A stretch of 26,629 bases of DNA from a virus (IMGVR_UViG_3300030389_003243:1-26629), one strand, 5' to 3'. Positions 1 through 7,547 are shown, numbered from the stretch's first letter. Notes: generated by a model not told the origin, from the sequence alone. Made by a program: numbers and translations.

Positions 1-2
1 AC

Positions 3-470
3 GAAACTTGCATTGATGATGGTGAATACAAAATAAAGTTTAAAAAATGGGGTGGCTTTCACGACAAATATAAGGTGCGTTATGGTGCAGACCACTATGG
101 CATGTTGCATGTACAAAATGTGCCAAATTTTTCGGACATACTTATCCACACAGGCAATACAGATGAGCATACATCAGGTTGTTTGTTGTTAGGTGAAACA
201 CAACAAGACTTAGATATGGGTAAAGATGGTTTTATTGGTTCAAGTAAAAACGCATATTTAAAGGCATACAAAAAAATAGCTAAAGAATTATTAATAGGCA
301 CAGAAGTTATTATAGAATACACAACTATTAATAAGCTATTTGAAAAACCATTAGAAGTTTCTTCTTCACAAGATATTGGTGTAGCAAAAGAAGTTATGGA
401 AAAACTAGAAGAAATTAATGGTGGTGTCATACAGACACAAGCTATGTTAAGAGGTAGAATAGTAAGATAA
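3..470 (+). CDS. DUF5675-like protein, 5'-truncated; possible lysin
   Basis: Frame is open from the window edge (ETCIDDGEYKIKFKKWGGFHDKY...). Motifs MLHVQNVPNFSDILIHTGNT and TSGCLLLG match DUF5675-type phage proteins. Coupled to the holin by TAATG. Confidence 0.65.
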   Translation, partial: ETCIDDGEYKIKFKKWGGFHDKYKVRYGADHYGMLHVQNVPNFSDILIHTGNTDEHTSGCLLLGETQQDLDMGKDGFIGSSKNAYLKAYKKIAKELLIGTEVIIEYTTINKLFEKPLEVSSSQDIGVAKEVMEKLEEINGGVIQTQAMLRGRIVR

Positions 471-751
471 TGTTAGATAAATTTAAAAGAGCAAGAAATA
501 AAGAGGGGAAGTTTAAGAAAGACTTGTGGTGGACACCTTGGAATGAAGCATGGGAGTACAAAATGAGTGATGACCTTAAAGATATGTTAGAGCGTACCGC
601 TTGGACATTTATCGAGGCGTTCATTGGCGCATTAACAGTTGCACCATTAGTTGGTGTAGAAGCTGAAACACTACAGTTAGCTGCATTAGCAGGTGGTGGT
701 GCTGCTTTAGCTGTAATTAAAACATACGCTAAAAAACAAATTACTAAGTAA
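470..751 (+). CDS. Holin (r1t/actinophage type) with basic N-terminal extension; second start at 563
   Basis: LERTAWTFIEAF resembles the ERAxxTFxQ motif, followed by two hydrophobic segments and a basic C-terminus. GGGAG precedes the internal ATG at 563. Confidence 0.75.
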   Translation: MLDKFKRARNKEGKFKKDLWWTPWNEAWEYKMSDDLKDMLERTAWTFIEAFIGALTVAPLVGVEAETLQLAALAGGGAALAVIKTYAKKQITK

Positions 752-804
752 ATACCTTATTTGTCACTTATCCACTGTAAAATAGATATTGACAACATAG
801 GAGG

Positions 805-1989
805 GTGTTTATCACTAAAAAAGGTATACCTGCAGAAAATAGCAACAATTATTTTAAAGCAGGTTGGAAACCTACAGTAGACTTTGACCACACAACAGGT
901 GTAGGTGAAATTACACATGTAGGTACAGACCCAAACTACGAAAGCAAGACAGATGAGATACTTCGTAGTTGGGGATTTGACCCAAAACTATACGAAATTG
1001 ATGGAATACTAAAAGTATCATCATGGAACGCACAACTTAAAGGTGGTATAGTTGAAACATTTTACGCATTTAAAGGCAGTGTAAGAAGAAAGTCTGCAAA
1101 TCGTGACAAATACTTTAACTCACTGTTTAAACATGCTGTAAAAAAGCCGCCATTACCTAAGCATAAATTATTTGGTGGTGATACTGCCTTCTTTTTTTTC
1201 ATGTCTGATTGGCAATTAGGCAAAGATGACTTTGGTGTAGAAAATACAATCAAAAGATATGACATAGCACTGCAAGATGCACTTGCTTTGTTAAAAAACT
1301 ACAGGAAAATAGGTTATCAAATAGATGAAATATACTTAGTAGGAATGGGTGACCTCACAGAAAACTGTACAAAATTTTTCTACGACAGTCAACCTTACAA
1401 TGTTTCTTTAAATCTCATGGAACAATACAGCCTAGCTAGGGCAATGATGTTTAAAACTGTAGAAACATTTCTACCTCATGCAGACAAAATTGTGCTGACA
1501 GGTGTTCCAGGTAATCATGGTGAAATGACAAGAAGTGCAAAAGGTCAAGTATCAACAAGCAGGTTAGATAACTCAGACACCATGCACATAGAAATTATGA
1601 AAGAAATCTTTGATGCAAATCCTGATAGATATAAAAAAGTTGAGGTAATAATACCTGATGATTATCATCTTACGCTTGTGGTCAAAGAAAAACAGATATC
1701 TTTTACACATGGACACATGACAAATGGCGGTGGAAATGCAGAAGCAAAAATAGAAAAGTGGTGGAAAGGTCAGATGTATGGGTTTCTTCCTAGTGCAAAC
1801 TCAAACATACTCGTAACTGCACACTATCATCACTTTCGTGCAAAACAACAAGGCGATAGACAGTGGTTTCAATGCCCAAGTTTAGATAAGAGTTTAGATT
1901 TTACAGCTAGGACAGGCTTGTGGTCACACCCCGGAGTATTAACACTACTTGTTAATGACAGGGGTGCATCATTCCCTGTCATTGTTTAA
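805..1989 (+). CDS. Calcineurin-like metallophosphoesterase (Mre11-like, actinophage type)
   Basis: All five motifs in order: SDWQ, GDLTE, GNHG, THGH, AHYHH. Start uncertain because GGAGG is very close to the GTG. Confidence 0.85.
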   Translation: MFITKKGIPAENSNNYFKAGWKPTVDFDHTTGVGEITHVGTDPNYESKTDEILRSWGFDPKLYEIDGILKVSSWNAQLKGGIVETFYAFKGSVRRKSANRDKYFNSLFKHAVKKPPLPKHKLFGGDTAFFFFMSDWQLGKDDFGVENTIKRYDIALQDALALLKNYRKIGYQIDEIYLVGMGDLTENCTKFFYDSQPYNVSLNLMEQYSLARAMMFKTVETFLPHADKIVLTGVPGNHGEMTRSAKGQVSTSRLDNSDTMHIEIMKEIFDANPDRYKKVEVIIPDDYHLTLVVKEKQISFTHGHMTNGGGNAEAKIEKWWKGQMYGFLPSANSNILVTAHYHHFRAKQQGDRQWFQCPSLDKSLDFTARTGLWSHPGVLTLLVNDRGASFPVIV

Positions 1990-2358
1990 ACAAGCTGTAG
2001 CCAATTCTTCTATAGGTAGTAATATGCCTTTAGAATTATTGTCATCACCACCGACAACATCTCTGTCTGTGCCTACATACTTTCTACATAGGTCTTTTAA
2101 TACAGCCACAGGGATAATGTAAGTCATTACAGGTTTATTATCTCTTACTAACATCAAAGCCCAATACTCTGCTTCAGTCACAGATAAGCCACTTTTTGTA
2201 CCTTTGTACTCGTATTCTACAAAATGATTACCTGTTTTTTCCCACAGGTGTCGCTCACTTTTGACTTCAATCTTAGTGCCTATAAAGAACTCACTTAATT
2301 TTTGTTCCATCTCTAAACCTTTGGCTAGGTCTAAATCAAATTTATTATTACTGCTCAT
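1969..2358 (-). CDS. PD-(D/E)xK nuclease-like phage protein
   Basis: FDLDLAKG..E, IEVKSE, TGNHFVEYE and SGLSVTEAEYW form a pattern common in small phage restriction-endonuclease-fold proteins. Confidence 0.6.
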   Translation of the reverse strand: MSSNNKFDLDLAKGLEMEQKLSEFFIGTKIEVKSERHLWEKTGNHFVEYEYKGTKSGLSVTEAEYWALMLVRDNKPVMTYIIPVAVLKDLCRKYVGTDRDVVGGDDNNSKGILLPIEELATACLNNDRE

Positions 2359-2764
2359 ACCAACAATCTTTACTACTATTCCAATGATGAGAACCGCTAT
2401 TGTAATATAACCAACTTGCAGTTTTAATATTCACGCTTGGGGTCTTACGATTACCTTTAATGTTTAATTTATTTTTAAGCCAAAGCCATGTGCTGTCCCA
2501 AAATTGAAACAACCCAACATCAGTTGAGTTATCTCTGTTTATATTAACAGCATTTGGTCTGCCACTGCTCTCACAATAAATAATAAGTAGTGCTTCTCTT
2601 ACATCTTCTTTTTTAAAATAAAGGCTGACACTTTCCTCCCATTCAATAACATTCAAAATTTTTTCATTATTGTTTAAACAGGAAGCATAAACCTTTATTT
2701 CATTTAGTGTTTCTTGTGTTGGCGTTGCACATAGTATCAACGAACTCAATACAACGCCAAACAT
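2348..2764 (-). CDS. Secreted lytic transglycosylase (SLT/lysozyme-like fold)
   Basis: Hydrophobic N-terminal signal-like segment; catalytic CESSG; AVN, GLFQF..STW, NIKTA and HW..SKDC motifs. AAGGAG RBS. Confidence 0.8.
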   Translation of the reverse strand: MFGVVLSSLILCATPTQETLNEIKVYASCLNNNEKILNVIEWEESVSLYFKKEDVREALLIIYCESSGRPNAVNINRDNSTDVGLFQFWDSTWLWLKNKLNIKGNRKTPSVNIKTASWLYYNSGSHHWNSSKDCWYEQ

Positions 2765-3144
2765 TAGAACTCCTTACCGCTACTTTCTTCGTTTTTAAAT
2801 GTTTTTTTAAGTAAGTTTCTAAATCTATTTACTTCATTCAATCTCTGTGTTTCAAGTTTTTTCATTATTTCGTGTAACTCACCTATCATAAGTGTAGCCT
2901 CAAACTTGTCCTCACTGTTGACAAAAGTAAAATCAACCTTGTATAAATCTACCCAACTAAGATATATCTCACCATAAACACTAGGCAATGTAAAAGACAT
3001 ACCGCCTCTTTCTTTGTCTAATCTTTTAGCTAACCAATCACTGCTATCAATTTCTAGTTCAGTAAATATACCAACTAAACCATTGAAGCCATAATCTGTT
3101 TCGTTTTTTTTAGGTTTACTATCATTATTAGAATGGGATTTCAT
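2764..3144 (-). CDS. Hypothetical protein (126 aa)
   Basis: Start moved from 3195 to ATG 3144 (MKSHSNND), which has GGAGG upstream. Coupled to the next gene by TAATG. Confidence 0.65.
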   Translation of the reverse strand: MKSHSNNDSKPKKNETDYGFNGLVGIFTELEIDSSDWLAKRLDKERGGMSFTLPSVYGEIYLSWVDLYKVDFTFVNSEDKFEATLMIGELHEIMKKLETQRLNEVNRFRNLLKKTFKNEESSGKEF

Positions 3145-3442
3145 CTTGCTTTCCTCCACTGTATTTCCTTTCTTCAGCAGTAGTGATAATTGCATTGCAC
3201 CTCACATCTGACTTGTAATAGGTCTTCTCATCTATTTGTTTAAACAAAAAGACACACATTTCATTATTTTGCGTGTCAATTACTACAGGTCTTTCATTTT
3301 GTTTTGGGCATTGCAAACCCTCGACAACTAACTTGCATTTTCTATCTAAAGGTGCGGCTTTATCAAAATCGTAATTAGGATAACGCACCTTTAATTTTTC
3401 TTTAAGTTTTTCTATGTTGATATTTGTTTGTTCTAAAGCCAT
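3128..3442 (-). CDS. Hypothetical protein with four Cys and an SSB-like acidic tail (QDEIPF)
   Basis: ORF overlaps both neighbours. The C-terminal DEIPF resembles SSB interaction tails. Adjacent to the annealase. Confidence 0.6.
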   Translation of the reverse strand: MALEQTNINIEKLKEKLKVRYPNYDFDKAAPLDRKCKLVVEGLQCPKQNERPVVIDTQNNEMCVFLFKQIDEKTYYKSDVRCNAIITTAEERKYSGGKQDEIPF

Positions 3443-4344
3443 GTACTAGGAACTTCTTTTTCGCCTTTAGAACCAATGTAACCTCCCCAACCACAACCAC
3501 CTGCGTTGTTCCAATTAGTACAGGTGAAGTCAGGTATGCCACCAAACTTCGTTGAGTTATCAGCTTTCTTTTGTCTGTTATCCTCTATGTTGTCAGTTTT
3601 TTTACATTGTGGGCATACTTTTGCGTGGCTCTTAACCTCGCCAAAAACATCTTCTACAATCTCTTTGTCGCTAGGTTCTTCTACAACAATTTTATTTTTG
3701 TCTTGTGCTTGTGCTTGATAAAACAAATCTAAAAAGTTATCTAATTCAAAACTTGTCCATTTTCCCATGTCTGTTTCATTTGTTTGTTTAAACAAGTTCC
3801 ATGCCTCTAGCTTGTACTTGCCTCTAAGTTCACTATCCTCTTCTGCGTGTTGCAATTCGTTAGTAATTCTTGTTAAATAATCTTCTTTTGTAGTTTCCTT
3901 AACAATTTCTTTTGAAGAATTATCTAATTGTTTTATTACTTTTTTTGTTTCTTCTTCGGCATAATGTTCTTCTTCTGTGCTCTCACCCACCCATAGATGA
4001 AGCCCAAGTCCAAACCTCATGCAACATCTTTTAATGCTGTCGCTAACTGCAAGTTTAAGAACTTCGCTTTCAGTATTGTTTTCAAGTTGATACTTACTTA
4101 CATCACCAACCTCTTCTACAACACCTAATCCCTCTATTTCAAGTCTGCCTTTAGCACCGACAATAGCATTGTCTTTGCCTCGTATTTCATCAAAAGTAAA
4201 GTTGTATTTGCCTCCAATGACTTCTACTAATCTCTTAGTGTACAAGTGATGGGGAACATATTCGCCAAACTTACCCTTTGGCGCAGGTCTTACATCTTTC
4301 TTGTCAAAGTCTTTTATTAATTTCTTGTGTGTTTCTTTATCCAT
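3433..4344 (-). CDS. Sak/Rad52-family single-strand annealing protein with C-terminal Zn ribbon
   Basis: YVPHHLYTKRL and AVSDSIKRCCMRFGLGLHLW are Rad52/22 signature motifs; C-terminal CPQC...DNR...PDFTC...C. Confidence 0.85.
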   Translation of the reverse strand: MDKETHKKLIKDFDKKDVRPAPKGKFGEYVPHHLYTKRLVEVIGGKYNFTFDEIRGKDNAIVGAKGRLEIEGLGVVEEVGDVSKYQLENNTESEVLKLAVSDSIKRCCMRFGLGLHLWVGESTEEEHYAEEETKKVIKQLDNSSKEIVKETTKEDYLTRITNELQHAEEDSELRGKYKLEAWNLFKQTNETDMGKWTSFELDNFLDLFYQAQAQDKNKIVVEEPSDKEIVEDVFGEVKSHAKVCPQCKKTDNIEDNRQKKADNSTKFGGIPDFTCTNWNNAGGCGWGGYIGSKGEKEVPSTWL

Positions 4345-4546
4345 TTGCTCTTTCCTTTTCTATAATTTTGTAAACCCTTTGTCTACTTATATTTAAAACA
4401 TCTGCAATTTCCTGTACTCTGAACCCACTGTTTAAACAAGCAGCAATAGCTTTGCTACGATTGGCAATACAAACATCTAAGTTTGCTTTGCTTCTCTCAT
4501 ACAATTCTTGTGATTGTTTTAATACTCTAATTTCTTTGTGCGACAT
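4337..4546 (-). CDS. Helix-turn-helix DNA-binding protein
   Basis: GFRVQEIADVLNISRQRVYKII is a classic HTH. GAGGAGG RBS. Confidence 0.85.
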   Translation of the reverse strand: MSHKEIRVLKQSQELYERSKANLDVCIANRSKAIAACLNSGFRVQEIADVLNISRQRVYKIIEKERANG

Positions 4547-4689
4547 TATTCTTTCACCTCCTCATATTTTGATGATAAAACTTTATGACCTTTCATATTG
4601 TTTATGTACATAATTAAAAAACTTACTGCACCCTCGCCTTGTCTTACCAAGTTTTTAGTGTCAATTTCTATGCCCAAAGTTAATTTCAT
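4546..4689 (-). CDS. Hypothetical protein (47 aa, MKLTLGIEIDTKNLVRQGEG...), not in ORF track
   Basis: Fills the gap exactly: ATG 1 nt after the upstream stop, TAATG overlap with the HTH gene. Confidence 0.65.
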   Translation of the reverse strand: MKLTLGIEIDTKNLVRQGEGAVSFLIMYINNMKGHKVLSSKYEEVKE

Positions 4690-4690
4690 C

Positions 4691-4984
4691 TTAGGCAATG
4701 TTTATCCTTTCTTGATATATTTCCACAGGCAATGATGTTTCGTATGCCGAAACTTGTATGCTAGGCATTACTTTTTTGAAAGTAATAAGTTTTGTAGTTG
4801 TATTGTTAAAGACTTCTAGTTGTTTAAACTGTGCCTTTGCAATGTCATTTATTTCTATGCTGATAGGATTTTCATCTATAATCTTATCTTCATCAGCGTT
4901 GTACTTATACAAAAACGATATAAGACTTCCTACTTCTAAATTATGAAATCCTCTTGCGTTTTTGTTTGACTTTCCTACTGCCAT
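4691..4984 (-). CDS. Hypothetical protein
   Basis: GAGGAGG RBS and TAATG coupling. Confidence 0.7.
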   Translation of the reverse strand: MAVGKSNKNARGFHNLEVGSLISFLYKYNADEDKIIDENPISIEINDIAKAQFKQLEVFNNTTTKLITFKKVMPSIQVSAYETSLPVEIYQERINIA

Positions 4985-5184
4985 TATTCCTCCTCTAATT
5001 CTTTAGCAACTTTTATTGTGTTCTCGTTATGGTCTTTAACAAACTCATCTAACAACTCTCTAATTCTTTGCGGATTTGTTTTTTTAAGGTGGATTGTTTT
5101 TTCTACTACTTGTCCACCACAAGCATTAGCTAACTTGATAGCCCATGCTTTAAGCAGCTTTGGCTCATCAAATATATTAGGCAT
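4984..5184 (-). CDS. Hypothetical protein
   Basis: GGGAGG RBS; co-oriented with the operon. Confidence 0.7.
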   Translation of the reverse strand: MPNIFDEPKLLKAWAIKLANACGGQVVEKTIHLKKTNPQRIRELLDEFVKDHNENTIKVAKELEEE

Positions 5185-5213
5185 ATTTTTCCTCCCTTTA
5201 CCTATTGTTGTGT

Positions 5214-5375
5214 TTAACTGTTTATTGGTTCTAATTCGTATAAAGAAACAATAAAGTAGTTAGAACCTGTATCTTTTAACTCTCTAACTTTTTGCTTTGC
5301 TTCCTCTTTAGTTGTAAACTTCCATGAGAAAACACTGCTGTCAAAGATTGATACACTCTTAACTAAGTATTTCAT
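5214..5375 (-). CDS. Hypothetical protein (53 aa, MKYLVKSVSIFD...)
   Basis: ATG 5375 preferred over TTG 5411 because a TATAAT lies within the longer version. Contains F.TKEEA, typical of small phage proteins. Confidence 0.55.
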   Translation of the reverse strand: MKYLVKSVSIFDSSVFSWKFTTKEEAKQKVRELKDTGSNYFIVSLYELEPINS

Positions 5376-5399
5376 ACCCACTATGGTAACAGGTATTGA

Positions 5400-5430
5400 A
5401 TTATACAACAAGTATTTACTACGATTTCAC
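5400..5430 (-). promoter_or_regulatory. Possible sigma70/SigA-type promoter
   Basis: Perfect TATAAT on the minus strand at 5405-5400 in an intergenic gap; -35 poor; TGTTTAAACA site immediately upstream (5435-5444). Confidence 0.4.
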
Positions 5431-5437
5431 TGTTTGT

Positions 5438-5638
5438 TTAAACAACCTGTCTTTCTTGTTCTAATTTAATATACTTATCAATTAACTTTATAAAACTTTT
5501 TACTGCGCTTAACTCGACATCAAGTTCTTTTGTTTCACTGTCAATTTGGTGTTGTTGACTAGCAACAATCTTTTTAAAACCAATTAATTCTGCCTCCCAT
5601 TTTTTTACTGCTATTCGTAAAACTTTTAGCATTGTCAT
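5438..5638 (-). CDS. Hypothetical coiled-coil protein
   Basis: AGGAGG RBS; its stop codon is the TAA within a TGTTTAAACA site. Confidence 0.7.
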   Translation of the reverse strand: MTMLKVLRIAVKKWEAELIGFKKIVASQQHQIDSETKELDVELSAVKSFIKLIDKYIKLEQERQVV

Positions 5639-5720
5639 CTTTCCACCTCCTATTAATTAATAACCATGAAAGCCCTGTTAGGATTACCACTAAAATAATC
5701 CAATACCACCCATAGTTCAT
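5574..5720 (-). CDS. Small membrane protein (48 aa, MNYGWYWIILVVILTGLSWLLINRRWK...), not in ORF track
   Basis: ATG directly follows the upstream TAA; one clear TM helix followed by RRWK; overlaps the downstream gene by 65 nt. Confidence 0.55.
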   Translation of the reverse strand: MNYGWYWIILVVILTGLSWLLINRRWKDDNAKSFTNSSKKMGGRINWF

Positions 5721-5915
5721 TTAAATTGCCCAATCTTTAATATATGATTTATGTTTTCTTTTAACTAATCCACAGTCACAATTTGCAGAAAAGATTGTAT
5801 TATCTTTTTTTTTAAGAAATGCAATAATTTTTCTTAAATCATTAATACCGCTTGTATGTGTACAAATTTCTTCTTCTTTATCTAAGAGTTCTTTAACATA
5901 TTGAGTGTTACTCAT
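5721..5915 (-). CDS. Hypothetical protein (CxH...CxC, possibly metal-binding)
   Basis: GGGAGG RBS upstream of ATG. Confidence 0.65.
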   Translation of the reverse strand: MSNTQYVKELLDKEEEICTHTSGINDLRKIIAFLKKKDNTIFSANCDCGLVKRKHKSYIKDWAI

Positions 5916-5926
5916 TATTCCTCCCT

Positions 5927-5959
5927 CGCTTGTGGTCCGCTTGTGGTCCGCTTGTGGTT
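5927..5959. repeat. Tandem repeat, 3 x 11 bp (CGCTTGTGGTC)
   Basis: Units at 5927, 5938 and 5949 (last base differs in the third); GC-rich against an AT-rich background. Confidence 0.9.
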
Positions 5960-5972
5960 TATATTTTTGTGT

Positions 5973-6178
5973 ACAGCTACCACTATAGTCGTAGATATTT
6001 ATATAGTTAATAGATATTTACCATAATGGTAGCTGTTTAAACAGCTATCTACTTTCAGTCGGTCAGCAACAGGGCTGTATTTTTACTCACCTCTTACTTA
6101 TAGATAGCTTGTAACACACAGATACGAGTATCTCACTAAGTTCCGATACTGTTGAATTACTCTATGTGCTACAAGCTA
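5973..6178 (-). ncRNA. Chain of stem-enclosed small RNA candidates
   Basis: Stems 5973-5986/6023-6036, 6043-6051/6101-6109 and 6105-6122/6161-6178; mismatches are G-U on the minus strand; no convincing ORF. Confidence 0.5.
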
Positions 6179-6192
6179 CTTATACTTCATAA

Positions 6193-6409
6193 TATTTTTA
6201 CGAGTAACTTAGTGTTTGATTGCAATTAAGCCTTTTCAAGCTCTGTTCTTTGCAGGTAGTTTCTTTTGCGATACTTTGGAATGAGGCAGTAGACTATTAG
6301 TAAGTATTCAGCGCCATTGGATAAATACAAACCTCACTAAAGCGTTCATCAGGTAGTTTCGATAAGCGACTATGAACAAGTACGAACCACTAAGCTACTC
6401 ATAAAAATA
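6193..6409 (-). ncRNA. Structured RNA candidate (about 217 nt) closed by a 22-bp stem
   Basis: 6193-6214 pairs with 6388-6409 (20 Watson-Crick plus 2 G-U on minus); internal helices; duplicated GAAACTACCTG. Confidence 0.55.
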
Positions 6410-6435
6410 CTATTTATGCTCTTTGTTTAAACAAA

Positions 6436-6473
6436 GCGAAGGGGATAGTCGAGGCACCAACTATCCCAATCGC
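6436..6473 (-). terminator. Hairpin after the DUF5049-like gene (terminator or processing site)
   Basis: Minus strand GGGATAGTTG-gtgcct-CGACTATCCC, outer GCGA/TCGC, then TTTGTTT. Confidence 0.5.
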
Positions 6474-6483
6474 TATACATTAA

Positions 6484-6699
6484 TTATGTGTTTTGACTTT
6501 CAGGCACAAAACCATAAAAAAAACCTTTCATGTAGATTTCTTTGTTGTCTTGTAGCCAACTAGCGACATCATTAGGAACTAACTCACATAATTGTTTGAC
6601 ACTAGCCATGTTGATTAAGCCACTTTCTCTAACACTAGAGATAGCCTCATACACATTATCAGGGATAACCAACTTACCCTCTGCTGTTTCGGTAGCCAT
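6484..6699 (-). CDS. DUF5049-like protein
   Basis: VYEAISSVRESGLINM resembles the I..IR.SG.TNM motif. AAGGAGG RBS. Confidence 0.65.
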   Translation of the reverse strand: MATETAEGKLVIPDNVYEAISSVRESGLINMASVKQLCELVPNDVASWLQDNKEIYMKGFFYGFVPESQNT

Positions 6700-6712
6700 T
6701 TGTCCTCCTTTA

Positions 6713-6759
6713 TAGTTACCACAATGCTGTTTGTTTAAACAAACAGCACTAGCTAACTA
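6713..6759 (-). promoter_or_regulatory. Intergenic hairpin with a perfect 24-bp palindrome centred on TGTTTAAACA
   Basis: TGCTGTTTGTTTAAACAAACAGCA at 6725-6748; outer TAGTTA/TAACTA; directly upstream of an RBS. Confidence 0.7.
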
Positions 6760-6760
6760 C

Positions 6761-6919
6761 TTATAGTTCTACACCTTCCTTGTTAAATGTTTTATCTATA
6801 CTAGGAACATATAATATTCCATCTTCTTTTAATAAAGATAATGTATTTTTAAACCACTCATCATTTCTTTTATGTTCAAGTTCGCTTAATGTTTTATAAT
6901 ATTTTTTGCTCCATGACAT
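6761..6919 (-). CDS. Hypothetical protein (52 aa, MSWSKKYYKTLSELEHKRNDEWF...), not in ORF track
   Basis: AAAGGAGGCAAAA-ATG; open to TAA at 6761. Confidence 0.7.
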   Translation of the reverse strand: MSWSKKYYKTLSELEHKRNDEWFKNTLSLLKEDGILYVPSIDKTFNKEGVEL

Positions 6920-6935
6920 TTTTGCCTCCTTTAGA

Positions 6936-7043
6936 TTATTTTTTAAGTTCTTTGATTATTTCTAATGCTTCTTTTTTATTAGGATTTATGTTATACATAT
7001 CCCACTCTACAATTTCTTGCAATCTGTTTAGCTTTTCATTCAT
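6936..7043 (-). CDS. Hypothetical protein (35 aa, MNEKLNRLQEIVEWDMYNINPNKKEALEIIKELKK), not in ORF track
   Basis: TAAGGAG RBS 6 nt before ATG. Confidence 0.65.
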   Translation of the reverse strand: MNEKLNRLQEIVEWDMYNINPNKKEALEIIKELKK

Positions 7044-7063
7044 ATCAACTCCTTACCTTGTGT

Positions 7064-7130
7064 TAGTAATTACCTTGTTGTAACTACTATAAACCCCGCT
7101 GTTTAAACAACGAGGTCTAACTAATTACAA
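7064..7130 (-). promoter_or_regulatory. Intergenic overlapping-hairpin module
   Basis: Hairpin A 7078-7130 (TGTTTAAACA apex, G-U pairs on minus); hairpin B 7064-7073/7080-7089. Confidence 0.65.
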
Positions 7131-7523
7131 TTAGTATGGTGATGGGTATGGCGGTTGTTCAGTCGCAAACAAGTCATTATAATCTTGCTTGGATAGAACA
7201 CGCTTTGCCTCCTCTAAAGTAAGAAAGTGTTTATCTTTTGGATTACCGCAATCGATATCCTCCATAGATATTCCAAAGTTGTGATTAGATACAGTGGCAC
7301 TGTTTAATAATCTAATATCTCTAAAGGTCTGTTCATCAGTTAGACCTGCTCTTTGAACTTTGATACTTTCTTCTATATATCTAGTATCTACATTGATACC
7401 TAGTTTGCCATTAAGTGAACGCCACTGCTGTAACGCATGGTCATTACTCTCTGCCGCAACTATATGTACATCAATAAAATGACTAAATACACATTTAGCT
7501 TGAACTACATATTGTTCTACCAT
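7131..7523 (-). CDS. Hypothetical early protein
   Basis: AAGGAGG RBS; bounded by hairpin modules on both sides. Confidence 0.75.
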   Translation of the reverse strand: MVEQYVVQAKCVFSHFIDVHIVAAESNDHALQQWRSLNGKLGINVDTRYIEESIKVQRAGLTDEQTFRDIRLLNSATVSNHNFGISMEDIDCGNPKDKHFLTLEEAKRVLSKQDYNDLFATEQPPYPSPY

Positions 7524-7547
7524 CTAATGCCTCCTTAATATTGTGAT

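Noticed and set aside
768-776. DnaA-box-like TTATCCACT
   Set aside because: Single 8/9 match with no cluster.
5915-5983. 22-aa minus-strand ORF (GTG start) across the tandem repeat, ending in TAATG
   Set aside because: No RBS, the start is buried in a stem, and the 11-bp unit is not codon-phased.
6344-6360. Hammerhead-like words GAAAC and CTGATGA on the minus strand
   Set aside because: Only 3 nt separate them, leaving no room for stems I and III or the cleavage triplet.
5927-6409. CRISPR array
   Set aside because: Repeats are either tandem without spacers or inverted and degenerate; no constant repeat-spacer period; no cas genes.
7064-7130. Integron attC-like reading of the intergenic hairpins (GTTAGAC matches GTTRRRY)
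   Set aside because: Core sites are in the wrong order for the gene strand, are not shared by the other modules, and no integrase is present in the window.
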